Positions 24,259 through 37,231 of a stretch of 44,447 nt of DNA are shown in pieces (the first letter of the stretch is position 1; every line of letters begins with the position of its first letter). A program made the translations under genes and the position numbers. The stretch comes from Elsinoe ampelina (lineage: Eukaryota): NCBI GenBank assembly GCA_010093995.1, contig ML992512.1, positions 529,736-574,182 of the forward strand, given 5' to 3'. The notes beneath the pieces were generated by a model that was not told where the DNA came from, searched no databases, and saw only the letters and a program-made list of their open reading frames with translations.

Positions 24259-25609
24259 ATGGCTGGCACTGAGGCAATCGGGTTCGTCTGCAGGTCGTGC
24301 GCGCGAAGAGCGCGAGCCATACCATCCTCGAGCGCAAGAAGCAGCATTGCATCGAGGCCGTTCTCTAGCACAAGCAGATCACGGAGAAGCCGTACGTAGC
24401 TCGATCGAGGAGGACAGAGCGCTTTCTAATCAACACAGATGCTGTCCCGGCCTTCCACCAGGAGTGTTCACCCGAGCTCAACACCATTCTCTCTACCATT
24501 CGCAACGACCACTTCCTCCCTGCCTACCTGAACGATACGCAAGAACGAATGGTCTTCCGCAAGAAATACCGATCAGAGCTCGAGAACAGCCCAGTATCAA
24601 TATCGATTGAAGACGAAGACTTCAACCTGAAGCCTCTCGACCGAGACGCTGTAGAAGGCGAGCGGAAAGCACTCCTGAAGCAAGCCCTCGAACTTATCAC
24701 GCTCGAGAAGGAATGGACGCAGTTGTTTCCGTTCCTTGAGGGTGTCGCAAAAGTTGGCAACTCATTGGATCAAGCGACCGTGGAGAAGCTGATCAGGAAA
24801 GCATCACTGGAAGAACACTTTGGGGTGATACTGCAAGCCCTCAAGGCGGCAGATCGCACCGGGTTGACAATGAAGGACAAGTTTGTCCTCCGTGGATCGA
24901 TCAGGGCTCTACGGACAACAGCTGAGAGAGCGAATTGGCAACAAGTAGGATTGAACAAGGCCATCAGATACGCGGATGATGTTGCAGCATTGCTGTCTGA
25001 CCGAAGTCACATGGATGCAGCCAAGATACCACGGCGAGAAGCAGTCACCGTGATGGGCAAGCCACTTTCGAGACCTTTCAACATGGCAGTATGGTTGGAG
25101 CTGCATGCTGTACGGTCATACCTGTACGGTGGAGGAAAGGACGAGGCAGGAAAGATTCGAGCATTGTACGAGCGGTTGATGTCGTGCTACGACCCGGAGA
25201 AGAAGGTGAGAGCAAACATGAACTTTATGGATGGCGATCACTGACATACGGCCAGCCAAAGTGGCTCAATAATGAGCGACTCGACATTTCCACGCAATTC
25301 ATGCACATCATGCCTCTGTGGCAAGGCGTTCTTCTGTCCACCAAGCTGCTCGGCACAGACACGCCGCAGGGATCCGAGCAACTTCAAGCGTTCGCCGCAG
25401 AGTGTGGCGAGGTACTCTCGAAAAATGTTGCCCAATTGAGAGATCAAGGAGAGCACAAGCCTGGTAGCTGGGCAGACACTGCGATTCAGCAGTATGGACT
25501 TGCGAGAAAGCATATCTACTCGAAATACAGGTTCTTGCCCGTCAAAATGGAGAAGAAGAAGCCCGCGAAAGCGTCGCGAGAGCAAGCGGCCACACCAGCG
25601 GAGGAGTAA
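24259..25609 (+). CDS. Hypothetical, probably mitochondrial alpha-helical protein; exons 24259-24391, 24439-25205, 25256-25609
   Basis: The N-terminus MAGTEAIGFVCRSCARRARAIPSSSARSSIASRPFSSTSRSRRS looks like a presequence. Two canonical introns (GTACGT..CTAAT..CAG, GTGAGA..CTGAC..CAG) keep frame. Confidence 0.8.
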
Positions 25610-25701
25610 TGAAAGCGGGATGTTAAACAGACCCCTATGGCAGACTCCTGTCTATTAGCTAGATGTATCATAACACACAACTTGAAGATCCTGTACCATA
25701 C

Positions 25702-26628
25702 TCAACTCTCCCCAACCTCCACCGCCCCCCTCGGCGCCGGCGTCCTCAACCTCGACGCAAAAAACTGCATGACAGGCATCATCTCATCTCTACTCTGCGG
25801 CATCGTATCCCCCTTGCGCTTGTACCTACTCACTTGCACGTGCTGGAAATTATTCTTCAGCTTCTCGATTGCTCCGTCGGTGACCCAGTGGCTGTCTACG
25901 CCCGAGACGCAGAGCACGGGGGTTTTGCTCTTGGGGTCTGAGGAGGCAGGGGCTGCGGCTGGGAGGGGGCCGCCGATGGTGATTACGCCGCCGAACTCTT
26001 TGGGGTGGGAGGCTGGAGGGGGGTTTAGTCTGGCGAGGTGGCGGAGGAGAAGGGAGGAGGGGGAAGGGGGAGAGGGGAGCATGGGGAGGAGAAGTACCTG
26101 CTACGTTCACGGCGGCCATCCCTCCTTGCCCAAGGCCGAAGAAGACGATGTCACGCGGCCGGTAGTTGCATTTCTCTAGCAGGCCATGGTCGATGATGTC
26201 CTCCTTCAAGAGTCTGGTGGTGGCTTTGAAGCCGCCATCAGGGTCGAGGCCGTTGGTGGTGGAGTCGAAGATGACGTCGTCACACCAGTGGAAACTTGTG
26301 TCCTCAAAGGGGAGGGCGATGGGGCCTCTGATGGCAATGCAGGCGGTGTTGGGGAGGTTGAGCTGAGTGCCCAGGCGGGCGAAGGGGAGATGGGTGTCGC
26401 CCAGGCCGTGGAGGAGTATGAGGATGTTGGTGGGTGGTTGGTCGTTGGGCGCTTGCGCATGGTTAGTAAGGATGCACGTGGGTGGGAGGTGTGGTTGTGG
26501 GGTTTCGGTGGTGATTTGGGAAAAAGGCAAACCTCTTTGTGGTACCTACCTGGCGTGATTGAGAGAGTGAGATTGGAGGGAAAGTCTGCAGCGGTGGGCA
26601 GTCTCTTCTCCTTTCTCGTTTGGGACAT
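25702..26628 (-). CDS. Phospholipase/carboxylesterase (Abhydrolase_2, APT1-like) family protein, apparently catalytically degenerate; exons 26550-26628, 26098-26451, 25702-26012
   Basis: ILILLHGLGDT, DIVFFGLGQGGMAA (GxSxG position reads GLGQG) and GGVITIGG. Canonical introns keep frame. Confidence 0.85.
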
Positions 26629-27321
26629 TGCATGGAATTGGTTTTGACCGCTATTCAGGTCGAGGCATGAGGCGGTTGCGAAATGGTCGATGAGGCGATG
26701 CGAGGGTGCAGCCAATCGGGGCAGAGTTTGATGCGCGACGAGCGAGGCCGAGGGCGAAGCTTTTGCCAAGCTACAGCCAAAGCTTGTTTCGTCTTGCCGA
26801 ACCATTATGATCCACAGCATTGTGGACATTCCTTCTCTGGGATGACTTCATGCCGGGAATAGGTCGTGTCATGATCAGCAGCTCAAAGACTTTGGACACT
26901 GCCTTTTCGGGTCTCTCTTCCCCAACCAACAAGGACATGACAAACTTGCTGCAGGAACACATGAACCCCTGGCAAACCTTGTACAGGCTAATCCGGCAAC
27001 CGGATCCGTGGATGATCGAATTCGATCTAGACTCCGGCGCCAGAGTGTGATGCAAATTGACTCCAGAGCCAATCGAAGACTGCGTTGTGGTGGCTCAGAC
27101 ACCGTGCTGCGTCGTCAGCTTCGCGTGCCCCTCCTGTTTACGGTCAATGGCCCCTCGTATGACATCGAAGGACCCTGACCATGTGGACCTGAGAGCTGTA
27201 GCTACATATAGAGCTTTCTGTCCTCTGCTCTGCCTTGCTGCTCAAACTCACTTACCTTTTCCGTCCTTCCGGCAACTGTTCACAAACTTATCAACTCAGT
27301 CAATTCTTCACAACAAGCAAA

Positions 27322-27806
27322 ATGTTCGGCTTCGGTTAGTGCCTGTTCGTATTGCTGCAAGGACTCAGCATTGACAAGATCACAGGAGAGTCCCAAGACG
27401 CATACAACCAGGTCTACAACAATGACCAGCCCAACGAGGGCAGCTTCGGTCACGAGCTTCTCGCTGGTGGAGCTGCCTTTGCTGGCTTCAAGGCATTCGA
27501 GGACCATCAGCGTGCCGAAGGTAGAGATATTTCCATTGATCAGACTCAAGCAAACCACTGACGATACCCATAGGCAAGCCAGTCAACCACCAATTCGCCA
27601 AGGAGCTGCTGGCCGGCTTCGCTGGTGCCGAGGTCGATAAGCTCTGCGAGACCAAGGGCATGGACTACATCGACCGCGAGAAGGCCAAGCGCCATGCTAA
27701 GGAGCAGTCCGAGAGGCTCTATGATGAGCACTACGGACAGGAGGAGCAGTACGATCCAAGGCGTGAGCCTCCCCGTCACATTCGGGAGCAGTTCGGTGGC
27801 TACTAG
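27322..27806 (+). CDS. cipC: CipC-like protein (DUF3759); exons 27322-27334, 27386-27520, 27574-27806
   Basis: Spliced MFGFGESQDAYNQVY...HELLAGGAAFAGFKAFEDHQRAEGKPVNHQFAKELLAGFAGAEVDKLCETKGMDYIDREKAK. CCCCT (STRE-like) at 27128 and 27151 and a TATA-like sequence near 27205 lie upstream. Confidence 0.92.
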
Positions 27807-28571
27807 ATGCATCCAACATCGTCGATAAGCACCGAGACAAAGCACAATCAATGAAACGAACAATAAATGAACCAGACCTACATGACCGACCTTGTACTTA
27901 TACCTAATCCCCGTTGATGTCTCGACAGGCGATGATGATCTCGCCGCTTATGTGACCATCTCTGTGCGGCAATTTCAAGATCGTAGCGTTCTGAGAATGT
28001 CAAGACAGTGAGGACGAGACGCACTTCCTCAACACGCCCTATACATGCGTGATTGAGTGACATGGCTCGTGTCCAGATGTCAGAAACGAAGGATTCCAAG
28101 ACGCTCGCATGAGTTGCGTCACTGGTCAGTATGTTTTCAGATGCCAGGGAGAACCCTAGCCTTTGTAGATTGAGTTGCGGGAGGAGGCTTCAACGCTGCA
28201 GACCCATTTGTATTATGTGGCGGTGTGCATTCAAGAAACAGTGTCAAATGTCAAGTCGAATACCTCGCATCGGGACGAGAAGAGATTTGGTGGCTGCGGA
28301 TCTACAGGAGAAGCGGGTGATTTGCAGAAAAATCCATCGTCATTCTGACCCGCCAAAGACGGGAAAACTCCCGCCAGCGAGCTCCCGAGAAGAATCCAGC
28401 GAACCAGCCGTGGGGAAACGCGATCTGGAGTGTCAATACCAAGCAATTTTCTAAAACAATTCTTGCTTTGTGACAGCCACAGAGCATTGGCAAAAGCTCT
28501 GTGCACATCGCTCACATTCATGCCAATCGTGAGCCCCGGCTGAGACTGGTGGCCTTCATTAATATGCAACC

Positions 28572-31500
28572 ATGAAGTTTGGCAAGTGAGTATCACTTTC
28601 AACATTCAAGATGAGGATGCAAAACGGGCTGACCTTCAACGAAAGAGAGTATCAGAACGAGATCATCCCAGAATGGAGGGTCAAGTACCTGGACTACAGA
28701 GTAAGCGATCCTTCTGCACTCCTACCACAACTGCTCACGTGTCCGCAGACCGGAAAGAAGAAGCTCAAGGCAGTCGGTCGAGCAATACGCAATGCGAACA
28801 AGAGCCCCGGTCATTTCAGTTCAACGCCTGATGCCAATGCGCAAGCACCTGTCTACAGCTTTCTCTCGCGAGGCAACCAAGGCTCAAGCGATGAGGAAGA
28901 TGACGATGTCGAACAAGGCAACAATGACAGGGACACTAACAATTCCGGCCCTGTACCGATCCCGTCTCGTACCGCCACGGAGCATTCTTCGCTCGCGCAG
29001 CATGCGGACAATCAAGGTAGAAACTATGGCGGCATGACAAGATATGGAAGCATCATTGGCACACCACCAGAGGACGACAACGAGCTCAACCAAACCCAAA
29101 GTCGGACGGCCCCGTCACTGCATCTCCCCGGTCCCGCTATGGGCAACGGGCAACAAGGACAACAAAGCAGTCTTCAAAGACCATCACCCGCCGGCCGGTC
29201 AGGAAGCGCACACAGCGAGAACGCTGCGCGTGGCGGATCATTACAACATGCTAAGCAGAGGTCGGACAATCCACACCGCATAGCAAACATGTTCGGACCG
29301 AAGAGAGTCAATTCGCTACCAGGTCCGCCATATGATTCGCCTAGAAGGCCGCTTCGAGAACGCATGTTGAGCTTCAGGTTCCGCAACTCTGCCAACAATG
29401 TATCACCGGATGCTATGCCGCTTGAAGCCTATCGAGAACTTGAGGCTCGCCAGAATGAATTCTTCGAATTTTTGGACAGCGAGCTCAAGAAGATTGACAG
29501 ATTCTACCGCGAGAAGGAAGACGAAGCCACGGATCGGCTCAAGACACTTCGAGAACAGTTGCATATCATGCGCGATCGTCGGATGGAGGAAGTCACTTCA
29601 AATGGTCATTCTAAGAGTCACAGTAAGACTGCGCATGGACAGGCCAACGGGAAAAATAAGGATGATTCCGAGCATGGTACAGATGTGCCGTGGTTGAAAC
29701 CTTTCGAGAGAACCTTTGACAGGGCCTTCGACAAGGCAAAACTTGGTCACGTCGGCAAGACATTCGAAGCGATGAAGGATCTAGGTACACCATCTGGTCC
29801 ATCTGCTGTCGATCTGTATCGTGATTATACCAAGAAACCGACACAAAAAGACGTTTCATACCGGACGGCGAAACACAAGCTGAAGATTGCCCTCGCCGAG
29901 TACTACCGTGGCCTGGAGTTACTGAAATCGTACGCTCTCCTCAATAGGACCGCTTTCAGGAAGATTACCAAGAAGTACGACAAGACTGTCAACGCGCATC
30001 CCACTGGCCGATACATGTCTGAAAAGGTTAGCACCGCCTACTTTGTCAACAGCGAGGTCATTGAAGGACACATGCATGCGGTCGAGGATCTCTACTCTCG
30101 CTACTTTGAGCGTGGCAATCGCAAAGTAGCGGTCAGCAAACTACGAGCCAAGGTCGCCCGAGCTGGAGAGTACAGCTCCAGTGCTTTCAACACGGGTGTG
30201 CTTCTTGCACTGGGGACTGTCTTTGGCGTCGAAGCAATTGTGGATGCCGCAAGATTACTCTCGGGTCCAGATCGCACGTTCACGGTGCAGACCCAGTTTC
30301 TGCTACAAATTTACGGAGGCTACTTCCTGATAGTCCTCCTCGCTCTCTTCTTCTGCTTGGCCTGTCGGACATGGCACAATAACAAGGTCAATTATACATT
30401 TGTTTTCGAGTTTGATACCCGCCGCCAAGTACTCGACTGGAGGCAACTTACACAGGTGAGGCAAATAGCAGCGCTGGAGATTCCCCATTGCTGACCTAGA
30501 CGCAGATTCCTTGCGTTTTCTATCTCCTTCTTGGGCTGATTGGATGGCTCAACTTCCGACAGATAGGTGGTGATGCCATGTACCTGTTCTGGCCGGTCGT
30601 TCTCGTTGCAGCCACGGCGATCATATTGTTCAACCCTCTGCCCATCTTTTATCCCAAGAGCCGTCACTGGTTCCTCGCCACCAATGCAAGTATCCCATTT
30701 GACGACCGTCGAGAATTACCAGCTGATTTCTTACAGTGGCGTCTGGTCTTTTCGGGAGTCTATCCTGTCGAATTCAGAGACTTTTTCCTCGGTGATCTCT
30801 TCTGCTCTCTGACCTATGCCATGGCCAATTTGGAGACATTCTTCTGCCTCTACCACCAGCGTCCAATCTGGTCAAGACCGCCAGTGTGCGGCTCGACACA
30901 CTCGCGGTTGCTCGGCTTTCTCACCTGTCTCCCTGGTATCTGGCGAGCTCTGCAATGTATTCGGCGGTACAAAGACACGCGCAACTTCTTTCCGCATCTT
31001 GTCAACTGTGGCAAGTACTTTTGTACGATCGCCTACTATCTCACACTCAGCCTCTATCGACTGAACCAGAACTCCCACATGAAAGCACTATTCATCACGT
31101 TTGCTCTGATCAACGCACTCTATGTGAGTGTGTGGGATCTGGTCATGGATTGGAGCTTGCTGGACCCGACTGCGAAACATAAATTCCTACGACAAAACCT
31201 GGCATTCAAGAGTACCTATCCCTACTACGCAGCGATTATCATTGATCCGATCATTCGAAACAACTGGATCCTCTATGCTTTCTACACTGAAGATCCGAGA
31301 CACGCGGCGGTTGTGTCTTTCTTTGTGTCCTTTACCGAAGTCTGCCGCCGAGGCATGTGGATGATCTTCCGCGTGGAGAACGAACACTGTTCCAACGTCG
31401 GTCGCTTCCGAGCTTACCGTGATGCACCACTTCCGTATGAGCAGGACGAGGACAAGTCGGCATCTACTACAGTTGTCAGCAGATCACCTGACGAGAGCGG

Positions 31501-31930
31501 AGACGAGCAAGCTCAAGCCAAGGCTCAGCGCATAACCGGCGAACAAGCTGTGGCCATGGAAGAAGGTCTTCCGCAAGCTGAGCATCAACACGGTGGCAGA
31601 GAACCGCTAGCACCAACGACTGGAGCCGACTACAGAAGGGCAGCAGCCAATGCTCCCAGCGAGAATGCAGAGATGAGACGACGCCGAGGTCAGCCAGTGA
31701 ATGATTCTCCAATTGCCGCAGCGTTGGTCAGAGCTGGCACCATGATGCATCTAGCCCACACGCAGGATTTTGAGAGACGCAAGAGACCAGGCCTGCGCGA
31801 CATGAACCAAGAGGAACAGGCAGATGATGAGGACAGCGATGACAATAGCGATACGGAGCTGGAGGAGGCTGCTATCGAGCGTGCCAGGGGAAGCAACAAC
31901 GCAGAGCCTTCGACTGGTCAAGGTCGATAG
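28572..31930 (+). CDS. SYG1: SPX-EXS domain protein (Syg1/XPR1/PHO1 family, putative phosphate exporter); exons 28572-28585, 28646-28700, 28749-30455, 30506-30685, 30737-31930
   Basis: MKFGK|EYQNEIIPEWRVKYLDYR|TGKKKLK, EFFEFLDSELKKIDRFY, LNRTAFRKITKKYDK (SPX Lys cluster), VEFRDFFLGD, HLVNCGKY, WDLVMDW and RRGMWMIFRVENEH (EXS). Confidence 0.94.
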
Positions 31931-32899
31931 AGGAGACCATGGAGTTGGATAGCAGCAATGACCAAGAAGCCGGTCGCATCGTAAAGTCTACGTCCATGCG
32001 CTCGGCATGATCGGGTCAAAGACGCAATGAAGATCCTATTTTCCGTCCTGAGACGCAATTGTCATCTGTGCTCGCATGTTTGAAGACTCCGAAACACGTC
32101 GCAGTAAATTGCATTTGCACTCATAAAGCTTGTGTGAGAGTGAGACAAGATTCTTGACCGAAGCCCTATTTGCGAATCTCCGATGGCCTTGTATCTGACA
32201 AGACAACATGGCTTGCACCGCCTGCATGTACTACCTCTGCCGTCCGTCAGAGCTATTCTTGGAGCAAACAGACACACGGAAGCGTTCACATGCCGGGAGG
32301 GGAATAGACGCCGTGTTGCAAAGGCGCATAGTGGGAGCGTGTGAGAGGTCCGGGCTGTAGCTCTGCGTCTTTAATCAAAGTGAGGACCAATCAGAGAAGA
32401 ATCAAGTTTGCGGCAAATGCAGATCTGCTGGTCTGACCGGGGCGAGCTAAACGGAACGGGGCAGTTGGTTCACTTGGAACTTCAAGCAATGCGGGGAGGC
32501 GACTTTTTTTTAATCAACCAGACGCGTGAATGGTGAGGCTTTTTGGGCCCTGTGAGAGGTGCTTTGGGTCGGACGAGTCGGGGGTTGATGCCCCTTGGCC
32601 TCTTTTCCTGCCTTGTGGTCGAGAGGACCGATCGGAGAGCTCGTGACTTGGTTGATAATTCCTCGACGCTCAATTGATTGTCATTCTTTCAGTTTGAGAT
32701 GCTTTGGTCGTTCACCGCGCGACTGTACTCGGGGCTGTATTGAACGCTCCGACGCCACACCTTAGTTGACCGTGCCCCTCTCACTCTCACCACCACGAAG
32801 AGCCTTTGCACAACATTGTGCGCCTCACTTTCAGCCTTCCACTCTGGACGACCTACTTTTCCACCTTCCTTGCTTCTCGACCCTCCATACACGCCCAAA

Positions 32900-34979
32900 A
32901 TGGGCTTCCTCAAACACCTCCGATCCAAATCGAGGATAAAGGCGCAGGAGGAATACTACGAGTCCCCGCAACAGCGCTACTACACAAACGGGAACGGAGC
33001 GAGCTACGGACGCGACCTGACATCACATCTGAGCGACGACTTATTACAGCGCATCTTCGTGTATGTCTGCCCGCATGCTACCGATTCTACATGCGTGTCG
33101 AGTGAGGATTCCGCGGTTGGAGATGGCTGCATGCTGTGCGACATGCGCGATCTCGCTAGGTCAGCCCAGGTCAATCGCAAGTGGTACAAGGTCGCGCAGA
33201 GTCTACTGTGAGTTGCGACGCAATGTCAAGAGAGGCCAATTACTGACAATTCACAGCTATCACAGTGTACGGATAGACGCCGTCCATTACTGCGAGCGCG
33301 AAGCGATCCTCTCCGAGAAGCGACACCAGCAGCGCAGATCATTCCGCCGTCCCTCCATCAACACCGCAGCAATCGAAGATGTCCCGGCCGCGAGGCTCAA
33401 CATGTTCTGCAGGACGGTGCGAGCATCGAGGACCTTGTCACAACAGGTGGAATACCTCAAGCTACCATACATGACGCGCGAGACGAGCAAGGGGGAATTG
33501 GCTGCGACAGTATCAGCACTACCGAATTTGAGATACGTGGACCTGCCGAGTGGAGCCTTCAATGGCGATCCGACATGTCTGACGCTCATGAATGAGCTGC
33601 AGGCGAGGTGTCCGGCGATCAAGAAGATGACGTACCAGCATGGGTCGGAACCATATCTCGAGTCGCTGACGAGGCGACACTGGCAGGGACTGGAAGAGCT
33701 GGACATTGATGGTGTGACGATCGAGCCTGGGATCTTGAGAGTGATCCTGGCTTCGTTACCGACACTACACCACCTCTCGATATCAAATCTCCCCTGGTTG
33801 GGAGATACGATATTCCAGTCTTCGCCAAACCTGCCCGAGTTTCCACCACTACACTCACTCGCGCTAGAGGACTGCCCTCACATCACAGGAGATGGCCTTA
33901 AGATGTACCTCGAAGCGCCAGCGAATCGAGAAGTCTTCTCCAGCCTCCACCTCCGCAACACAGGCGTCACCGTCTCCTCACTCAACTCCTTCCTCTTCGA
34001 CGCACCACATCTCCATACCCTCAGAATCTACTCCACCGTCTCCTTCACCGACACCCTTCCACTCAGCACCACCCCTCTCCTCTCCAGCATCTCTCTGCGC
34101 GAACTCCACTACGAAATCATCTCCGACATCGACACCCACACCGCCTCCTCCCCCTCCCAATCCTTCTACGCCTACCTCTGCCGCTCCCTCCACGCCAACA
34201 CCCTCCCCGGCCTCCACAGTCTCCACGTTCGCGACCCTCTCTTCCCAGACATGCTCCTTCTACCCCCACCCCCTCCCCTCCCCAACCAACGTCCCACCCA
34301 ACTCTCCACCCCGCTCGACGTCTACGCCAAAGGTCTCGACGAACAAGACCCCATCATCACGCACATCACCCCCGCCCTCGCCCCACAATCCACCTCCACC
34401 TCCGATCCCGGCTCCCCATCCTCCCTCACCCCGCCCAACGCCTTCGGCCTGCGCTCCACCGGCGGCCGCCCCCTCTCCGCATACAACGCCTCCCGCGGCC
34501 TCGGCCCACAATGGGGCAGCCCCGACTCGGTCGTCGTGGGCAACGGCTTCGGCGGCTTCCTCGCCGTGCCGAGGGAGGACGTACCCCGTCCGAAATCGGC
34601 GGGGAGCGACCGCGCCACGCTCTTGGGGCCGGGGTTCGCGGCCATGAACCTCGGCGCCGGAGCAGTGGGGAGTCCGAAGGGGAGTATCTCCTCTGCGGCT
34701 GGGGGGTCGGGGGGAGTCGGAGGGGGCCAGAGTTTGCAGGGGTCTGTGTATGGTGGGAATGGGTCCGTGGGGGGTGGGACGGGGAGTCAGTGGGGGAGTC
34801 CTTTGCTTGGGAACGGGAATGGGTTTGCGAATGGGAATGGTAACGGGGGCTGGTCGGCGGCCGGGAGTCCGGCAATGGGGAGTCCGGGGCAGGGACACGG
34901 GAGGTTGGGGGGGTTGGTGGCGAAGGTGGGGGCCAGGGGAGGAGGGAAGGATAAGAGGAAGTATGATCTTTGGCGGTAG
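32900..34979 (+). CDS. F-box protein with LRR/RNI-like repeats and a Gly-rich disordered tail; exons 32900-33207, 33257-34979
   Basis: F-box LSDDLLQRIFVYVC...MRDLARSAQVNRKWYKVAQSLL|YHSVRID, and LRR-like segments LPNLRYVDL, LEELDI, LPTLHHLSI and LHSLAL. Confidence 0.85.
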
Positions 34980-35156
34980 TATGTTAGGATCAGCTTTGGG
35001 TTTGTCGTTGATGGTGAGGGGGAGTTGGGAGGATGAAGGTATGGAGGAAGGGAGGCGAGGAGCGGTGCTGGATGGATGTGACTTTACGATCATGATGTTC
35101 TCCCCCGTCTAGCTGGGGTGGGTTTTAATGCGTGGTTCGGGAGTAGCTAGGCATGT

Positions 35157-35192
35157 GCAAGCGAGCGAGCGAGCAAGCAGGCAAGCAAGCAG
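35157..35192. repeat. Imperfect (GCRA/GCAG)n tetranucleotide microsatellite between convergent F-box and MFS 3' ends
   Basis: gcaa gcga gcga gcga gcaa gcag gcaa gcaa gcag. Confidence 0.7.
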
Positions 35193-35449
35193 GAAAAGCG
35201 CAATGGATACCCATGACTTTCTCATTCTCCGTGCTCCGTCGAACACTGCTCAACCCACGGTCATAACCCAATTGATACCGTCATCCCCATCGTCTTCGGT
35301 CCCCAACCCATGCTTCCATCACTAGAAACATTTCAGCCCTCGACTTGCCTAGACTCAACCAAGCACAAGCACCACACCACACAGCACACGACCCAGATGA
35401 AGCCAAACACACTCCACGGCTCTCCAAGCGTCCATTCATCGCTCTCATC

Positions 35450-37231
35450 CTACCTCCTAACCCTGTGACCCCACCCCCACATCCCGCCCATACCCCCCAC
35501 ACACCCCACCGTCGCCCCCGCCAAAACCACCACCCCATTCCTCACCCCTAGGTCTTCGTACAAAGGCTGACTGAACACGATGGCCCCTGCCGCCAGCGCG
35601 GCCCTCATCAGATCGTTGCCTGCCAGTAAGGAAGCGGCGTCGTGCGGGTGGGCGAGGAGGAGGTAGTTGGCGAGACATTGGAGGACGATGAAGACGCCGG
35701 CGGTTTGGATGGCGACGCCGGTGAGGCTGAGGGACCAGTGGTGGGTTGGAACGGTGGTGGTGGTGAAGGCTGGGGAGGGGTTAGGGCACTGGAAGTGGAG
35801 TAGGGGAGATTGACATTGAAAGGATGGGGGAGGAAGGGAGGGGCCAAGGATCGAGAAGGGGAGGGGAGAATAGGGAGGGAGAGGGGTGCAAGGGGGGAAA
35901 GGGAAGGATGCTTACCGAAGATGAATAGTCCGAGTGAGATGAGTATCGAGCCGGGAATGGCGGGGACAAGACAGGTTTCTGCTTTTGGAGGAGGGACTGA
36001 TGTGCGTGAGACTCGGCGCCACCATGCTGCCCAGGGAAGGTAGAGGAGTATGCCGATCACGGTGCCGATGCAAATTGCGAGGAAGGTCAGGCTGAAGTGC
36101 TGAAAGGTGAAGCCGTACACGTTGAGGTAGACGTGGGGAAAGGATTCGAAGAAGGAGTAGTAGATGGCGTAGATGAGGCAGGTGTAGAAGTTTGCGAAGA
36201 AGATGGCTGGGTTGGTGAACATGATGCGGAGAGGTTTCCAGACTATCATGACAGATGCGATGAGGATGTTTCGTGGACGGTGGTGATGGCCAGCGGTCTC
36301 AAGGAGGTTCTCCTCGCTGGGGACTGGTATGGTGGTTTTGTTTGCTTTGTAGAATATGGTTGAAGAGTATGTCTCTGGTAAAGCAATGAGCATGAGTGCA
36401 AGACAGCCAAGTGATAACCAGAACAAGAACCACATGGGCCATTTGTATCCGTAAGCCGTCACGCCGTAGATTGATATGGCTGGTCCAAAGGCTGGGCCGC
36501 AGGTGGCTGCTCCTACCCAGGCAGTGAAGGCGAATGGTAGTTCGGGCATGTGGTACTAACGGCGAGTTAGCGTAAGGACAAGCACTCGTGTGTCAGTGAC
36601 TGACTATGTCGGCAAGTGAACCACCGCCGGTGGCTAATGCAGGGAATCCAAAGAAGCCTTGCAGGAAGCGAGGAGCCAGTAACAAAGCGAATGTATCGGC
36701 ATAGCACAAACCCAAAGTGGTCGCCACGAACAGGGAAAAGGTGATCAAGTATGGTGGATTCCGTCCTATGCTGGACACCTCAGACAAGGGCGAGAGTAAT
36801 ATAGCCCCTAAGCCATCTGTGACGAGTCAGCTATGTCCGCTGTACAAGGTGGATAACCTACATCCTGCCACATACAATGCCATGGTCAGACTTGCTGACA
36901 TGAGCGTGACATGGTAGCGAATGATAAAGCTGCTGTGGGTTGAATGTAAGCTATGCAGCTGCTGAATGCTTGGGACGTGTCGTGAGCACATACGTGTACA
37001 TGCCCAAGCATAGTGTCGATCCTAGATATACCACAAACGTGTAGATGCTGCATGCTGTCAGTGCATGGTTTGATTTCATGTTCTCCAGGGATGTTACCAG
37101 ATGATGGTGGTCACCAGCAGTCTCTTACTCTGTGACCATTCTCGCGGGTCTGTTACAGTCTTCTCCGTCATTGCCGGTGTGGCCCCGAATCTGCCCGGCA
37201 TGTTAGGTAGGTATCGCAGGAGGCGATCCAT
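35450..37231 (-). CDS. MFS drug:H+ antiporter (DHA1; Flr1/Mdr1/Caf5-like), about 476 aa; exons 37098-37231, 36994-37047, 36862-36932, 36605-36816, 35916-36555, 35450-35769
   Basis: DPREWSQSKR, SPLSEVSSIGRNPPY, RFLQGFFGFPALATGGGSLAD, GPAFGP, LPETY, YSFFESFP..Y and ASLLAGND. Six exons sum to 477 codons with no internal stop. The start ATG is uncertain (37231, 37201 or 37171). Confidence 0.9.

Noticed and set aside
26820..27050. 76-aa ORF between the abhydrolase and cipC
   Set aside because: It lies in a divergent promoter region and has no recognisable domain. There is not enough evidence to call it.
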